Notes: generated by a model from the sequence alone, not told the origin. Positions 10,829-20,677 are shown, numbered from the stretch's first letter. The stretch: DNA of 64,000 nucleotides from an uncultured Bacilli bacterium (GCA_947585665.1 CANPXE010000001.1:13037-77036); one strand, 5' to 3'. Program-made: numbers and translations.

Positions 10829-10962
10829 TTTTTCTCACCAGTCTTATTATATCACTATTATATGGCATTCTTTAAAAATCTTTTTTATTTGACACATATC
10901 TTACAAAACTAACTATTTAAATTTAGAGAATTTTATAGTAAGATAAGTTTAGGAGATAAAAT

Positions 10963-11907
10963 ATGAAAAAGAATAGTAAAAAAGAAATTAATGATGAATA
11001 TAAAAATGGTTGTATTCGTGAAAAAGAAGAATATGTTTTAAAAACGTATAACGGCAGAAAAGTTACGGTTCGCGATTTACAATTACAAGTACTAGAAATA
11101 ATGGATGAAATTCATCGCGTTTGCGTTAAAAATAATATCAAGTATGCTTTGATGGCTGGAAGTGCATTAGGAATAGTCAATTATAAAGGTTTCATTCCTT
11201 GGGATGACGATATGGATGTCATTGTACCAAGAAGTGATTGGAATCGTTTTATTGAAGCAATGAAAAAAGACTTAAGTGATAAGTTTTATTTTCAATGTTA
11301 TGAGACTGATAAAAAGTTTAATGTCATCATGGGACCAACAATGAAGGTAAGAAAAAAAGGAACTTGGATGGAAGAAGTTAATTTTCTCCTAAAAAATCGT
11401 TGTCAAGGTGGCGATGGTATTTTTGTCGATGTCATTATTTATGACAATGTTTCTGAAAATAAATTCAAATTTGAAATGGCTTTAACTGTGACTAAAATTT
11501 TAATGCCTTTATATGTTCTTTTGGACAACTTACATTTACCTCATGATTGGTTATCAAGATTTATTAGATGGTTTTCCTATCGTAATTCTAAAAAGAATGA
11601 AAATAGTTCTTTAGTATCCCAACCTATTTCTGTTCCTTGGGAAAAATTCTTAAAAGAACCTGTCTTTAAAAAAGAAGATGTTTTTCCTTTTAAACTATAT
11701 GAATTTGAAGGAAGAAAGTTCTATTCATACAACAACATCGAAAAAATTCTAAAAGAATGGTATGGACCTAATTGCTTAAAGAAATGGGATGGTGAAAAAT
11801 GGGTAGAAACCTTACCTATTTCTAAAAGGAAGCCAAAACATACCGCTAATCTAAATTTAGAAAGTGATCAAAAGCAGAAAGAAGATAAAATTGAAAAAGG
11901 AAAATAG
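10963..11907 (+). CDS. licD: LicD-family phosphotransferase (phosphocholine/ribitol-phosphate transferase-like)
   Basis: ALMAGSALGIVNYKGFIPWDDDMDVIVPR is the LicD nucleotidyltransferase-fold DxD motif. AGGAG RBS. Confidence 0.8.
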   Translation: MKKNSKKEINDEYKNGCIREKEEYVLKTYNGRKVTVRDLQLQVLEIMDEIHRVCVKNNIKYALMAGSALGIVNYKGFIPWDDDMDVIVPRSDWNRFIEAMKKDLSDKFYFQCYETDKKFNVIMGPTMKVRKKGTWMEEVNFLLKNRCQGGDGIFVDVIIYDNVSENKFKFEMALTVTKILMPLYVLLDNLHLPHDWLSRFIRWFSYRNSKKNENSSLVSQPISVPWEKFLKEPVFKKEDVFPFKLYEFEGRKFYSYNNIEKILKEWYGPNCLKKWDGEKWVETLPISKRKPKHTANLNLESDQKQKEDKIEKGK

Positions 11908-11909
11908 TT

Positions 11910-12089
11910 ATGAAAAAAGAAAAACAAAGATTTAGTATTTATGCCGTTCCTAGTGATAAAGCATTTATATTAGATGAAAGAGAAAAAAAAGAAAATAAAA
12001 AAGGCGCTGATATCTCAATGCTTGCTCAAAAATTTATGAAAAACAACTTAAATAGTAGTAAACCAAAAATATTAACTAAGAAAAAATAG
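11910..12089 (+). CDS. Possible small Lys-rich ORF (59 aa) coupled to licD
   Basis: ATG lies 2 nt after the licD stop. My translation: MKKEKQRFSIYAVPSDKAFILDEREKKENKKGADISMLAQKFMKNNLNSSKPKILTKKK. It falls below the ORF-track size cutoff and has no recognised family. Confidence 0.3.
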   Translation: MKKEKQRFSIYAVPSDKAFILDEREKKENKKGADISMLAQKFMKNNLNSSKPKILTKKK

Positions 12090-12093
12090 ATAA

Positions 12094-12138
12094 AAAAGAG
12101 TTCTTAAAACCACTTCATTAAAAAATTAGAACTCTTTT
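12094..12138. terminator. Stem-loop between convergent genes (possible bidirectional terminator)
   Basis: AAAAGAGTTCT ... AGAACTCTTTT forms an 11-bp stem flanked by A-run and T-run. The loop is large (23 nt). Confidence 0.45.
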
Positions 12139-12156
12139 TATTTTTATAAATTTCTA

Positions 12157-12750
12157 TTATTTAATAGTTTGAGACTTTTGTGATGGCGACATATTTTCAA
12201 AATCTTCATTAGGAGAATATGGTTGTTGATAATTATCGTAATAATCTTGAGGTAAATTTCCAGATAAACGATTTATTTCAAAATCAATAAAGTAATTTTC
12301 AGGATTATTTTCATCAATGACTAAGTCAACCAAGCCATCACTATCCATTTCTTTTCTATCATGTCTTGGATCACCATACAACGTCAATGTAACACCATTA
12401 GGTAAGGTATAGTAAACAACAGTTTTTTTTATATGAACATCATTGACAGACATTCCCGTATCTTCAAGATGATATTTTAATCCTTTTATTAATTTGCCCT
12501 TTTGATTTAGTTCTTTAATTAATTTTATTCGTTTATTAATCTTTAAAATATTATAAGTGGAAATGTAAATGCAAATGATAGGTATTATTACAAACAAAGA
12601 AAGAGATAAAATATCAGGAGAAGTAGAATCATTTGAATTTGAAAAAAAAGTAGCATAAATTATGATAACTAAAAAAAACATACCGGCAAAGAAAAAACTA
12701 TAAAAGAAAGATCTTCCCTTTCTAACATTCTTCAAATTAATATCATACAT
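12157..12750 (-). CDS. Membrane protein, two N-terminal TM helices plus soluble domain (DUF3592-like?)
   Basis: AAGGAG RBS 8 nt before ATG. Has hydrophobic helices FFYSFFFAGMFFLVIIIYATFF and LSLFVIIPIICIYISTY. Family assignment is tentative. Confidence 0.55.
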   Translation of the reverse strand: MYDINLKNVRKGRSFFYSFFFAGMFFLVIIIYATFFSNSNDSTSPDILSLSLFVIIPIICIYISTYNILKINKRIKLIKELNQKGKLIKGLKYHLEDTGMSVNDVHIKKTVVYYTLPNGVTLTLYGDPRHDRKEMDSDGLVDLVIDENNPENYFIDFEINRLSGNLPQDYYDNYQQPYSPNEDFENMSPSQKSQTIK

Positions 12751-12858
12751 ACTATTCACTCCTTAAAACTAATTTATGTATACTATACTAATTTTCATTT
12801 TTCAATATTAAAAATATTATTTATTCTTATTTGACACATTTTAACAATAAAAAAAGAC

Positions 12859-13119
12859 CTATTTGGTCTCAACAATCAATTTAATAGCCGTTTTCTCTTC
12901 ACCATCGATAATTATATCCGTAAAAGCTGGTATACAAACAATATTCTTACCACTAGGAGCAATAAAACCACGAGCTATAGCAATGGCCTTAATAGCTTGA
13001 TTGACAGCCCCAGCACCAATTGTTTGCATTTCGACACTATCATGATCTCTAAAGGTATTAGCAAGCGCTCCTGCAACAGAATTGGGATTTGATTTAGATG
13101 ATACTTTTAATATTTCCAT
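12859..13119 (-). CDS. spoVS: Stage V sporulation protein S
   Basis: MEILKVSSKSNPNSVAGALANTFRDHDSVEMQTIGAGAVNQAIKAIAIARGF... is a highly conserved 86-aa SpoVS sequence. Confidence 0.9.
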   Translation of the reverse strand: MEILKVSSKSNPNSVAGALANTFRDHDSVEMQTIGAGAVNQAIKAIAIARGFIAPSGKNIVCIPAFTDIIIDGEEKTAIKLIVETK

Positions 13120-13170
13120 ATATTTCATTCCTTTCAAAATAAATATATGTTTAGATTTTTTTTTATATCA

Positions 13171-13201
13171 CAAAAAAAGATTTCATTTTATTATGAAATC
13201 T
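13171..13201 (-). terminator. Rho-independent terminator after the P/T/E-rich protein gene
   Basis: The minus strand reads AGATTTCAT-AATAAA-ATGAAATCT followed by TTTTTTT. Confidence 0.75.
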
Positions 13202-13214
13202 CATTTTCATTTTT

Positions 13215-13991
13215 CTAAAACTCTAATGTTTCAACTTCTGTATTAGGAGTTGCTGGTGAAGAATTCTCTTCTTTCTTTTCTTCAGCAGGTTTTTCTTCTG
13301 GAACTGTTGTTTCTGGAGCAGCTGGTGCTTCAGGTGTTGCAGGTTCAGCAGGTGTTTCAACAGTTTCTTCTTTCTTTTCTTCTACTGGTTCAGTAGCAGG
13401 AACTTCAACTCTTGGTAATGCTCCTGTATTTTCTAGTGGATCGGCACCACCATAAATTGCTTTAGTCTCTTCTTGTGGAGTATCAACACTAACTTGTGGA
13501 TTTGCTCCTCCATAAATTGGACTACCTTCTCCTTCAGTAGTAGGTGTTTCAGTAGTTGGTTCTACTTCTGTTGGAGTAGTAGGTGCTACTTCTTCAGTAA
13601 CAGCTGGTACTTCAGGTGCTGGAGTTTCTGTAGGAGTCTCAGCAGGTGTTTCAACTACTGGCTCTGTAGAAACTGGTGTCTCTACTTGAGTAGTTACATC
13701 TGTAGCAGGAACTTCAACAGCAGCTAAGCTCTCAGTTGGAGTTTCAGTTTTTACTTCTTCAGTAGCAACTGGTACTTCAGGTGCTGGAGTTGCTGCAGGA
13801 GTCTCAGCTACTGGTTCTGTAGAAACTAGCGTTTCACTACTAGCCTCAGTAGTTGGTGCTACTTCTCCTTTCTTTTTCTTACCACCTAAAATAAATATTA
13901 TTAGACCAACAACTAATAAAACAAGACCAACTGTAATTAATATTCCTGGTACAGTTGTAAACCAACTTACGTCAAAACTCATATATTGCAT
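13215..13991 (-). CDS. Membrane-anchored Pro/Thr/Glu/Ala-rich low-complexity protein
   Basis: N-terminal TM (VPGILITVGLVLLVVGLIIFILGG) then KKKKGE, followed by ~200 aa of ETP/APEVP repeats and two IYGGA(N/D)P motifs. No LPXTG motif. Confidence 0.65.
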   Translation of the reverse strand: MQYMSFDVSWFTTVPGILITVGLVLLVVGLIIFILGGKKKKGEVAPTTEASSETLVSTEPVAETPAATPAPEVPVATEEVKTETPTESLAAVEVPATDVTTQVETPVSTEPVVETPAETPTETPAPEVPAVTEEVAPTTPTEVEPTTETPTTEGEGSPIYGGANPQVSVDTPQEETKAIYGGADPLENTGALPRVEVPATEPVEEKKEETVETPAEPATPEAPAAPETTVPEEKPAEEKKEENSSPATPNTEVETLEF

Positions 13992-14081
13992 AAAAATTCA
14001 TCTCCCTCATATTCTCATATGTTTATATTCTAATAACAATATATCAAAAAAAAAAAGCAAATGCAAGTTAATTTATAAATA

Positions 14082-14750
14082 TTAATAATTAAAATTACAC
14101 CATTCGCCTTTTTTTGCAGGTTTGTTTACAAATATTAATTTTTCTTTGGTAACAGGATGATAAAATTCTAAATAATAAGACCATAAAGCTATCTGTTTTT
14201 TATCTTCTTTGCCATAGCGTTGATCGCCAAATAAAGGATGATTTCTTGATGCAAATTGTACCCTTATTTGATGATGACGCCCTGTTTTAAGTTCAATCTC
14301 AACAAGTGTTAATTTTTTATTTTTATTTTTTTCAATAATATGGTAATTTAATTCCGAATATTTTCCAATATCAGCACTAACTATTTTACTACTATTATCA
14401 TTTGTTTTAGCAATATAATCAACAAAAGTATCATCATCTTTTAAAGAGCCATCATCATAGACAATCGCCATATATTTCTTTTTAAAATCACTGTTTCGCA
14501 CTTGTTCAGATAAACGCGAAGCCGCTTTTGATGTTTTAGCAAAAACCATTACACCACCAACAGGACGATCTAGACGATGAACTAATCCTAAATAAACATT
14601 TCCCGGTTTATTATATTTTTCTTTCAAATAATCTTTAATAATGGTCAGCATATCTAAATCTTTAGTATTATCACTTTGACTTAAAATATTATTTGGTTTA
14701 ACAACAACAATGATATGATTATCTTCATATAAAACTTCTAGCTTATTCAT
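14082..14750 (-). CDS. RluA-family pseudouridine synthase
   Basis: HRLDRPVGGVMVFAKT catalytic Asp motif plus the HQIRVQF motif. 222 aa with no S4 domain. Confidence 0.85.
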   Translation of the reverse strand: MNKLEVLYEDNHIIVVVKPNNILSQSDNTKDLDMLTIIKDYLKEKYNKPGNVYLGLVHRLDRPVGGVMVFAKTSKAASRLSEQVRNSDFKKKYMAIVYDDGSLKDDDTFVDYIAKTNDNSSKIVSADIGKYSELNYHIIEKNKNKKLTLVEIELKTGRHHQIRVQFASRNHPLFGDQRYGKEDKKQIALWSYYLEFYHPVTKEKLIFVNKPAKKGEWCNFNY

Positions 14751-15609
14751 CGTTTTCGTACCTCACATACATCCCACAAGGTAAAACTAAATCTGTATTT
14801 TTAATTGGTAGACCAATCTCATCACCATATATTTTACCTGAATGATTTAAACCAATTGTCAACTTTAAAATGTTCGTAAAAATATCTTTAGAAAGTCCCG
14901 TTGAATAAGAATTAATAATGAAGAAGAGCGGATCTTCAACAAGCAACTCATTACATAATGAAACTAACTCATAAAGATTTTTTTCAATATCCCAAACTTC
15001 GCCATTAGCACCACGACCATATGATGGTGGATCCATTACAATGGCGTCATACTTATTACCACGACGGATTTCCCTTTTGACAAATTTGACAACATCATCC
15101 ACAATATAGCGAATTGGTTTTTCTTCAAGTCCACTCGATTTAACATTTTCTTTTGCCCAATCAACCATACCTCGCGAAGAATCAACATGCACAACACTAG
15201 CACCAGCACTCAAACAAGCAACACTAGCACCACCTGTATATGCAAAAAGATTTAAAACTTTTACTTCACGCTTACTTCTTTTTATTTTATTAATCATAAA
15301 ATCCCAATTAACAGCTTGTTCAGGGAAAAGACCAGTGTGCTTAAAACCCATTTGCTTAATATTAAAGGTCAAATTACGATATGAGATTTGCCAACTAGAA
15401 GGTGTCTTTTTAATATTTTCCCAATATCCGCCACCTTTATTACTACGATGATAATGACTATTCACTTCATATTTATCACGCAAAACGCCATTATCCCAAA
15501 TAATTTGCGGATCTGGTCGAAGTAAAATAAAATTACCCCATCGTTCCAATTTTTCACCATTAGAACAATCAATTAATTCATAATCTTTCCATGAATTTGC
15601 TAGTTCCAT
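14743..15609 (-). CDS. Class I SAM-dependent (rRNA large-subunit-type) methyltransferase
   Basis: LNLFAYTGGASV (SAM motif I) and VMDPPSYGRG (DPPxY/F motif IV). Overlaps the downstream rluA-like gene by 8 nt. Confidence 0.75.
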   Translation of the reverse strand: MELANSWKDYELIDCSNGEKLERWGNFILLRPDPQIIWDNGVLRDKYEVNSHYHRSNKGGGYWENIKKTPSSWQISYRNLTFNIKQMGFKHTGLFPEQAVNWDFMINKIKRSKREVKVLNLFAYTGGASVACLSAGASVVHVDSSRGMVDWAKENVKSSGLEEKPIRYIVDDVVKFVKREIRRGNKYDAIVMDPPSYGRGANGEVWDIEKNLYELVSLCNELLVEDPLFFIINSYSTGLSKDIFTNILKLTIGLNHSGKIYGDEIGLPIKNTDLVLPCGMYVRYENDE

Positions 15610-15663
15610 AATAACCACCGAAATAATTATAACAAAATTAAAAGATCTAGTAAACTAGACCTC

Positions 15664-16392
15664 TTAATGATGATTATAATATTTTTCCATAAATCTTTGA
15701 TATAATTTATCACATTTTTCTTTATCCATTGCTTCCAAGTCACCCAACGGATAAGGTATTCCCATTTCTTCATATTTCTTTTTAGCCATTGTGTGATATG
15801 GCAAAAATTCAATTTTTTCAATATTTTCTTGCTTAATATGAATTTTTATAAAACTACTAAGACGTTGTAAGTATTCATCGTTATCCATAATTCCAGGTAC
15901 AATTACTTGTCTAACCCAAAATTTTTTATTCATTATATTAGCAGTTTGTAAAAAATTAAAAATTTCATTAATATTACCACCTGTTAAATCTTTATAACCA
16001 TCAGCTGTAACTTGTTTAACATCAAAAATTATCAAATCAACATTTTCTAAAATTTCATGATAATTACCATTACCAACACCAGCAGTATCTAAAGCAATAT
16101 GAACATTTTCTTTTTTTAATAACTTGCACATTTCCAAAAGAAATTCAGGTTGTAACAAAGGCTCTCCTCCTGAAAAAGTTACTCCCCCATTATTTCTACG
16201 GAAATATGGCTTAAAACGAAGAAGTTTTTTGAGAAGCGTTTCCGTATCAATATTATCTTCTTTTTTTACCCATGTTTCAGGATTATGACAATACTTACAA
16301 CGCAATCTACAACCGTTTAAGAAAACGACAGCACGTATTCCTGGTCCATCAACTAGACCAAATGATTCAACAGAACTTACACTACCTTTCAT
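15664..16392 (-). CDS. pflA: Pyruvate formate-lyase activating enzyme (radical SAM)
   Basis: CRLRCKYCHN is the CxxxCxxC cluster. Lies directly downstream of pflB. Confidence 0.9.
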   Translation of the reverse strand: MKGSVSSVESFGLVDGPGIRAVVFLNGCRLRCKYCHNPETWVKKEDNIDTETLLKKLLRFKPYFRRNNGGVTFSGGEPLLQPEFLLEMCKLLKKENVHIALDTAGVGNGNYHEILENVDLIIFDVKQVTADGYKDLTGGNINEIFNFLQTANIMNKKFWVRQVIVPGIMDNDEYLQRLSSFIKIHIKQENIEKIEFLPYHTMAKKKYEEMGIPYPLGDLEAMDKEKCDKLYQRFMEKYYNHH

Positions 16393-16394
16393 TA

Positions 16395-18632
16395 CTACAT
16401 CTTCTCGTGGAATGTACGAGAAATTACCTCCTCTTGTTGTTTTCTAGTTAAACGATTAAAGCGAACCGCATAACCAGAAACACGAATTGTTAAAAGTGGA
16501 TACTTTTCAGGATGTTCCATTGCATCTATCAAAGTTTCACGATGTAAAACATTTACATTTAAATGATGTGCAGATTGAATGAAGTAACCATCTAATAAAG
16601 AAACTAAATTATCAACTTGTTCCTCCTTAGTCTTTCCAAGGGAAGTTGGAACAATTGAGAAAGTATTAGATATTCCATCTTTACAACAATTAGCATACTC
16701 TAATTTAGCAACTGAATTTAGACTTGCGATAGCACCACTACTATCTCTTCCATGCATTGGGTTAGCTCCTGGAGCAAAAGGAACGCCAGCTTTTCTTCCA
16801 TCTGGTGTTGATCCTGTCTTTCCACCATAAACAACATTAGATGTAATTGTAAGAACACTCATCGTCACTTCAGCATCACGATAAGTCTTATGCTTTTCTA
16901 ATTCACTATGCATTTTTTCAAGAACTTCTTTAGCAAGATTATCAACTCTATCATCGTCATTTCCATACTTTGGAAAATCTCCTTCAATTTCAAAGTCGAT
17001 AGCAATACCATCTTCATTACGAATTGGTTTTACTTTTGCATACTTGATTGCTGATAAACTATCGGCTACTACTGATAATCCAGCAACACCATAGGCCATA
17101 TAGCGATGAACATCAGTATCATGTAAAGCCATTTGTCCAGCTTCATAAGCATATTTGTCATGCATATAATGGATAATATTCATACTGTCGGAATATATTT
17201 TCGCAATCTTTTCAAGCATTCTAAAATAAGATTCTTTTACTTTTTCATAATCTAAAACTTCATCAGTCATCTTTTCAAATCCTGGAATGACTAACTCATT
17301 TTTCATTTCATCGACTCCACCATTGATGGAATATAACAATGCTTTAGCAAGATTACAACGTGCTCCAAAAAATTGCATATCTTTTCCAACACGCATTGCG
17401 GAAACACAACAAGCAATGGCATAGTCATCACCATAAATTGGACGCATTAAATCATCATTCTCATATTGAATAGCATCCGTCTCAATAGAAATACTAGCAC
17501 AGAAATTTTTAAAATTATCTGGTAGTTTTTCACTCCATAAAATTGTCATATTAGGTTCTGGTGAAGGATGCAAATTTCGTAAAGTGTTAACAATACGATA
17601 ACTCGTCTTTGTTACCATACTATGTCCACTATTGTTGACACCAGCTATTGAACAAGTTACCCAGGTTGGATCTCCTGTAAATAATTCATCATAATCAGGA
17701 GTACGTAAATGTCTTACCAAACGCAACTTAATGACAAATTGGTCAATCATTTCTTGAACTTCTTCTTCAGTAACAAGACCTTTTTCTAAGTCTCTTTCAA
17801 TATAAATATCAAAGAAATCATCAACTCTACCTAAGCTCATTGCAGCACCATTATTTTCTTTGACACTTGCTAAATAACCAAAATAAGTCCATTGTATTGC
17901 TTCTTTAGCATTTTTGGCAGGATTAGATATATCAAAACCATATTTCATTGCCATTTTCTTAATTTCATCTAAGGCACGATATTGCATTGAAATTTCTTCA
18001 CGTATACGAATTAAATCTTCAGACATGTAACCATCTGATTGATAACCATTTTCCCATTCATTTTTCTTTTGTTCCATTAAATAGTCAATACCATATAAAG
18101 CAATACGACGATAGTCACCAATAATTCGTCCACGACCATAAGCATCAGGTAGTCCTGTCAACAACCCAACATGACGAGCTTTTCTTATTTCTTTAGTATA
18201 AGCATCAAATACACCTTGGTTATGTGTTTTACGGAACTCATTAAAATATTTATCAACAGTTGGGTCTAGTTCATAATTATAAGCTTTTAACTCATCATAA
18301 ACCATCCTAATACCACCATAAGGATTTACCATTCTTTTAAGTGGAGCATCAGTTTGTAAACCAACGATAACATCATCATCTTCAGAAATATATCCAGCCT
18401 CAAAACTATTGATTCCTGACATATGCACAGTATCAATATCTAATACGTGCTTTTTTCCCTCTTCTAAAATTAGTTCTTCATAACGATTTAATACTCTTTG
18501 TGTCTTTTCGGTAGGACCAGCTAAAAAGTGTTCATCACCTGTATATGCTTTATAATTATTTTGTATAAAGTTACGGACATTTATCTCTTTTGTCCACTCA
18601 CCATCATTAAAACCTTTCCATTCTTCTCTCAT
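16395..18632 (-). CDS. pflB: Formate C-acetyltransferase (pyruvate formate-lyase)
   Basis: 745 aa. Active-site ACCVS and C-terminal glycyl-radical motif RVSGYAVRF. Confidence 0.95.
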   Translation of the reverse strand: MREEWKGFNDGEWTKEINVRNFIQNNYKAYTGDEHFLAGPTEKTQRVLNRYEELILEEGKKHVLDIDTVHMSGINSFEAGYISEDDDVIVGLQTDAPLKRMVNPYGGIRMVYDELKAYNYELDPTVDKYFNEFRKTHNQGVFDAYTKEIRKARHVGLLTGLPDAYGRGRIIGDYRRIALYGIDYLMEQKKNEWENGYQSDGYMSEDLIRIREEISMQYRALDEIKKMAMKYGFDISNPAKNAKEAIQWTYFGYLASVKENNGAAMSLGRVDDFFDIYIERDLEKGLVTEEEVQEMIDQFVIKLRLVRHLRTPDYDELFTGDPTWVTCSIAGVNNSGHSMVTKTSYRIVNTLRNLHPSPEPNMTILWSEKLPDNFKNFCASISIETDAIQYENDDLMRPIYGDDYAIACCVSAMRVGKDMQFFGARCNLAKALLYSINGGVDEMKNELVIPGFEKMTDEVLDYEKVKESYFRMLEKIAKIYSDSMNIIHYMHDKYAYEAGQMALHDTDVHRYMAYGVAGLSVVADSLSAIKYAKVKPIRNEDGIAIDFEIEGDFPKYGNDDDRVDNLAKEVLEKMHSELEKHKTYRDAEVTMSVLTITSNVVYGGKTGSTPDGRKAGVPFAPGANPMHGRDSSGAIASLNSVAKLEYANCCKDGISNTFSIVPTSLGKTKEEQVDNLVSLLDGYFIQSAHHLNVNVLHRETLIDAMEHPEKYPLLTIRVSGYAVRFNRLTRKQQEEVISRTFHEKM

Positions 18633-18791
18633 ATGAAATTACCTCCTAAGTCTATTCTATATAATAATACCACATTTACTTTTTATTTACTATGAACTTA
18701 AAAACTTTACATATTTATTATGTATAACTTTACACAAAATTATCACTAATTTTACATTATTTGTTTTAATCTTCAAATTACCAAATTAAAT

Positions 18792-18820
18792 TTACTGCAC
18801 GATGTTTTATGTGCTATAAT
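18792..18820 (+). promoter_or_regulatory. Putative sigma-A promoter of the PH-domain gene
   Basis: TTACTG-17 nt-TATAAT with a TGc extended -10. GGAGG RBS precedes ATG 18844. Confidence 0.5.
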
Positions 18821-18843
18821 ATGGTAAGAAGACGGAGGATATT

Positions 18844-19281
18844 ATGGAAGAAAAGAAAGATGAAAAAGAAAATGGGAAAATAACAAAAGCTGATTTAGAT
18901 GATATTGACTTAAATGTAATTTGGGAAGATAAACCTAGTGGTCTATGGCAAAGATTTTTAACGCAAATACATCTTAACTTTACTACTTACCAAATAACTA
19001 AAGATGAACTAATAATCATTACTGGTTTCTTTAAAAGACGTCTAAATTCCTGTGAACTATATTTACTAAAAGATCCTGATTTAACGGACAATTTATACCA
19101 AAGGCTTTTAAACATCAGCACTATTTCTGTAAAAGTAGATACCCATACACAACCTAATGCTCCAGAACGTATTATTAGACTTAAAAATATTAGGAATGGA
19201 CAAAAAGTACGAAAATTATTAAGAGATGCCATCGAAAAAGATGTCACAGAAAGAAAAATAACCTACTTTGATAAAGTATAA
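18844..19281 (+). CDS. Bacterial PH-domain (bPH_2/YdbT-like) protein
   Basis: 145 aa. Pattern of hydrophobic segment ... TYQITKDELIIITGFFKRRLNSCELYLLKD ... resembles bPH_2 domains. From memory only. Confidence 0.5.
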   Translation: MEEKKDEKENGKITKADLDDIDLNVIWEDKPSGLWQRFLTQIHLNFTTYQITKDELIIITGFFKRRLNSCELYLLKDPDLTDNLYQRLLNISTISVKVDTHTQPNAPERIIRLKNIRNGQKVRKLLRDAIEKDVTERKITYFDKV

Positions 19282-19291
19282 AAGAAAAGAG

Positions 19292-19305
19292 AACTTCACA
19301 CAAAG
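19292..19305. repeat. Left copy of the 14-bp direct repeat AACTTCACACAAAG flanking the IS
   Basis: An identical 14-mer occurs at 20652..20665, immediately outside both IS termini. Confidence 0.85.
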
Positions 19306-19368
19306 TGAACCAGTCAATAAAAAGTAGACACAAAAAGAAAATTATATGAACCCTAATTCAGTTCTATA

Positions 19369-20145
19369 CTAAATTGGGGTTTTATAGTTTAATGAGTAAG
19401 CTAATCTTTCGTTATTATAATAATAAATATATGCATTAATAAAATCATCAAAAGAATCATATTCATCAATATTCCAGTCATTTATTATTTCATCTTTAAT
19501 CCATCCATTAATTGACTCCATTTTTGGATTATCCGTTGGTGTTCCTGCTCGACTCATTGAACGAATAATGTTATAATCTTTATGTGCATTTGTAAATGCC
19601 ATTGAGGAATATACTACTCCTTGATCACTATGCAAAGTTGTGGAGTATGATATTCCTTTTATTTTGTTTAAAACTTGATTAAGTCCATCATAATATGGTG
19701 CTATTGAATTATGTTTATTAGTATATGAATATCCAATTATTTCTATATTAAACGCATCCATATATAAAACGATATCATATAGTTCTTTTCTATATTTAAT
19801 ACAAGTCATATCAGTTACAATTAATTCTAACGGTTTTGAAACTTTCCAATTGTTTTTTACTAAATTTGGATATTTAATTGATTCTTCTCCTGGTTTTCTA
19901 TATTTATATTTTCTAACTACTGATTTTATATTTAAAAATTTACAACATTTATGAACATAATTATCTGATACATACCATCCAATATCCACTCTTATTTGTC
20001 TATTTATATGTCTATAACCCCATGATGGATGTTTTTGATGATACTCTTGAATTAATTTAAACATATATTCTCTATTTATTTCATAACTATTTAGAACATT
20101 TTTGTTTTTAAACCATTTATAATATCCTGACCTTGATACTTTCAT
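19369..20145 (-). CDS. IS3-family transposase OrfB (DDE integrase core); made as an OrfAB fusion by -1 frameshift
   Basis: VSRSGYYKWF ... DMTCI ... HSDQGVVYSS ... GTPTDNPKMESINGWIK carries the DD(35)E motifs. The -1 frame is open from the slippery run at 20262..20268 onward. Confidence 0.85.
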   Translation of the reverse strand: MKVSRSGYYKWFKNKNVLNSYEINREYMFKLIQEYHQKHPSWGYRHINRQIRVDIGWYVSDNYVHKCCKFLNIKSVVRKYKYRKPGEESIKYPNLVKNNWKVSKPLELIVTDMTCIKYRKELYDIVLYMDAFNIEIIGYSYTNKHNSIAPYYDGLNQVLNKIKGISYSTTLHSDQGVVYSSMAFTNAHKDYNIIRSMSRAGTPTDNPKMESINGWIKDEIINDWNIDEYDSFDDFINAYIYYYNNERLAYSLNYKTPI

Positions 20146-20192
20146 TTCATTACATAAAGCTTTAACATTAAATTCTTTACTTAATACTTGTA

Positions 20193-20564
20193 TTATTTCA
20201 AATTCTTGTTCTTTGAACCATTGAATACTACAACTTGACCATCTCCTTCCACTAGATATCCTTTTTTTAAACGTTCATTCTCAATTCTTAATTTCATATT
20301 TTCATATTGTAATTTTTCCATATCTGTAAGATGTTTTTTATTAGAATATTTGGATAATGGATTCCCTGGCTTTTTCTTATTTATTAAACCTTCTTCTCCT
20401 TTTTCTAAATATCTTTTAATCCATATACTAAGCATTCCATTTGAAATATTCTCTCTATTTGACACTTCTAAAGTACTTTTATGTTCTTCGATAACTTCTT
20501 TAACTATTTTTAATTTTTCTTCTTTAGACCAATATCTATTTTTTCCACCTTTTGTTCTTCCCAT
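20193..20564 (-). CDS. IS3-family transposase OrfA (HTH)
   Basis: YWSKEEKLKIVKEV...GMLSIWIKRY is the HTH. A leucine-zipper-like region ends at LKKGYLV, spanning TTAAAAAAAGG. Confidence 0.85.
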   Translation of the reverse strand: MGRTKGGKNRYWSKEEKLKIVKEVIEEHKSTLEVSNRENISNGMLSIWIKRYLEKGEEGLINKKKPGNPLSKYSNKKHLTDMEKLQYENMKLRIENERLKKGYLVEGDGQVVVFNGSKNKNLK

Positions 20565-20651
20565 TTTCTATCATTCCTTTCTTATTTAATTATAACAAAA
20601 TAAAAGTAGATCACATTCTTTTTATGTGTCTACTTTCACTTTATCACTTCA

Positions 20652-20665
20652 AACTTCACACAAAG
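20652..20665. repeat. Right copy of the 14-bp direct repeat AACTTCACACAAAG
   Basis: See 19292..19305. Confidence 0.85.
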
Positions 20666-20677
20666 CTCTCTTTTTTA

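Larger units (their letters stand above)
19306..20651 (-). mobile_element. IS3-family insertion sequence (IS150-like), apparently intact, ~1.35 kb
   Basis: Termini are TGAA...TTCA. Imperfect inverted repeats share TGAA and the AAAGTAGACAC block at equal distance (26 nt) from each end. OrfA and OrfB are joined by an A7G slippery site. Confidence 0.85.

Noticed and set aside
13215-13991. Gram-positive LPXTG-anchored surface protein
   Set aside because: No LPXTG/sortase motif or C-terminal hydrophobic tail is present. The only TM helix is N-terminal.
15627-15821. 64-aa minus-strand ORF overlapping the 3' end of pflA in another frame
   Set aside because: The pflA frame is clearly the real one (radical-SAM motifs). 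The alternative frame shows no coding signal. The same applies to 31373..31567 inside the yutD-like gene and 33312..33500 over the ferredoxin gene.
18640-18790. Possible Rex/FNR-type operator upstream of pflB (TTGTGTAAAGTTATACATAA on the minus strand)
   Set aside because: Only one half-site (TTGTG) fits. The second half is CATAA rather than CACAA, and in 70+% AT DNA such partial matches are expected by chance.
19292-20665. The 14-bp direct repeats as att sites of a larger genomic island
   Set aside because: They abut the IS termini exactly and enclose only the 1.35-kb IS, so they relate to the IS insertion and not to a larger element.
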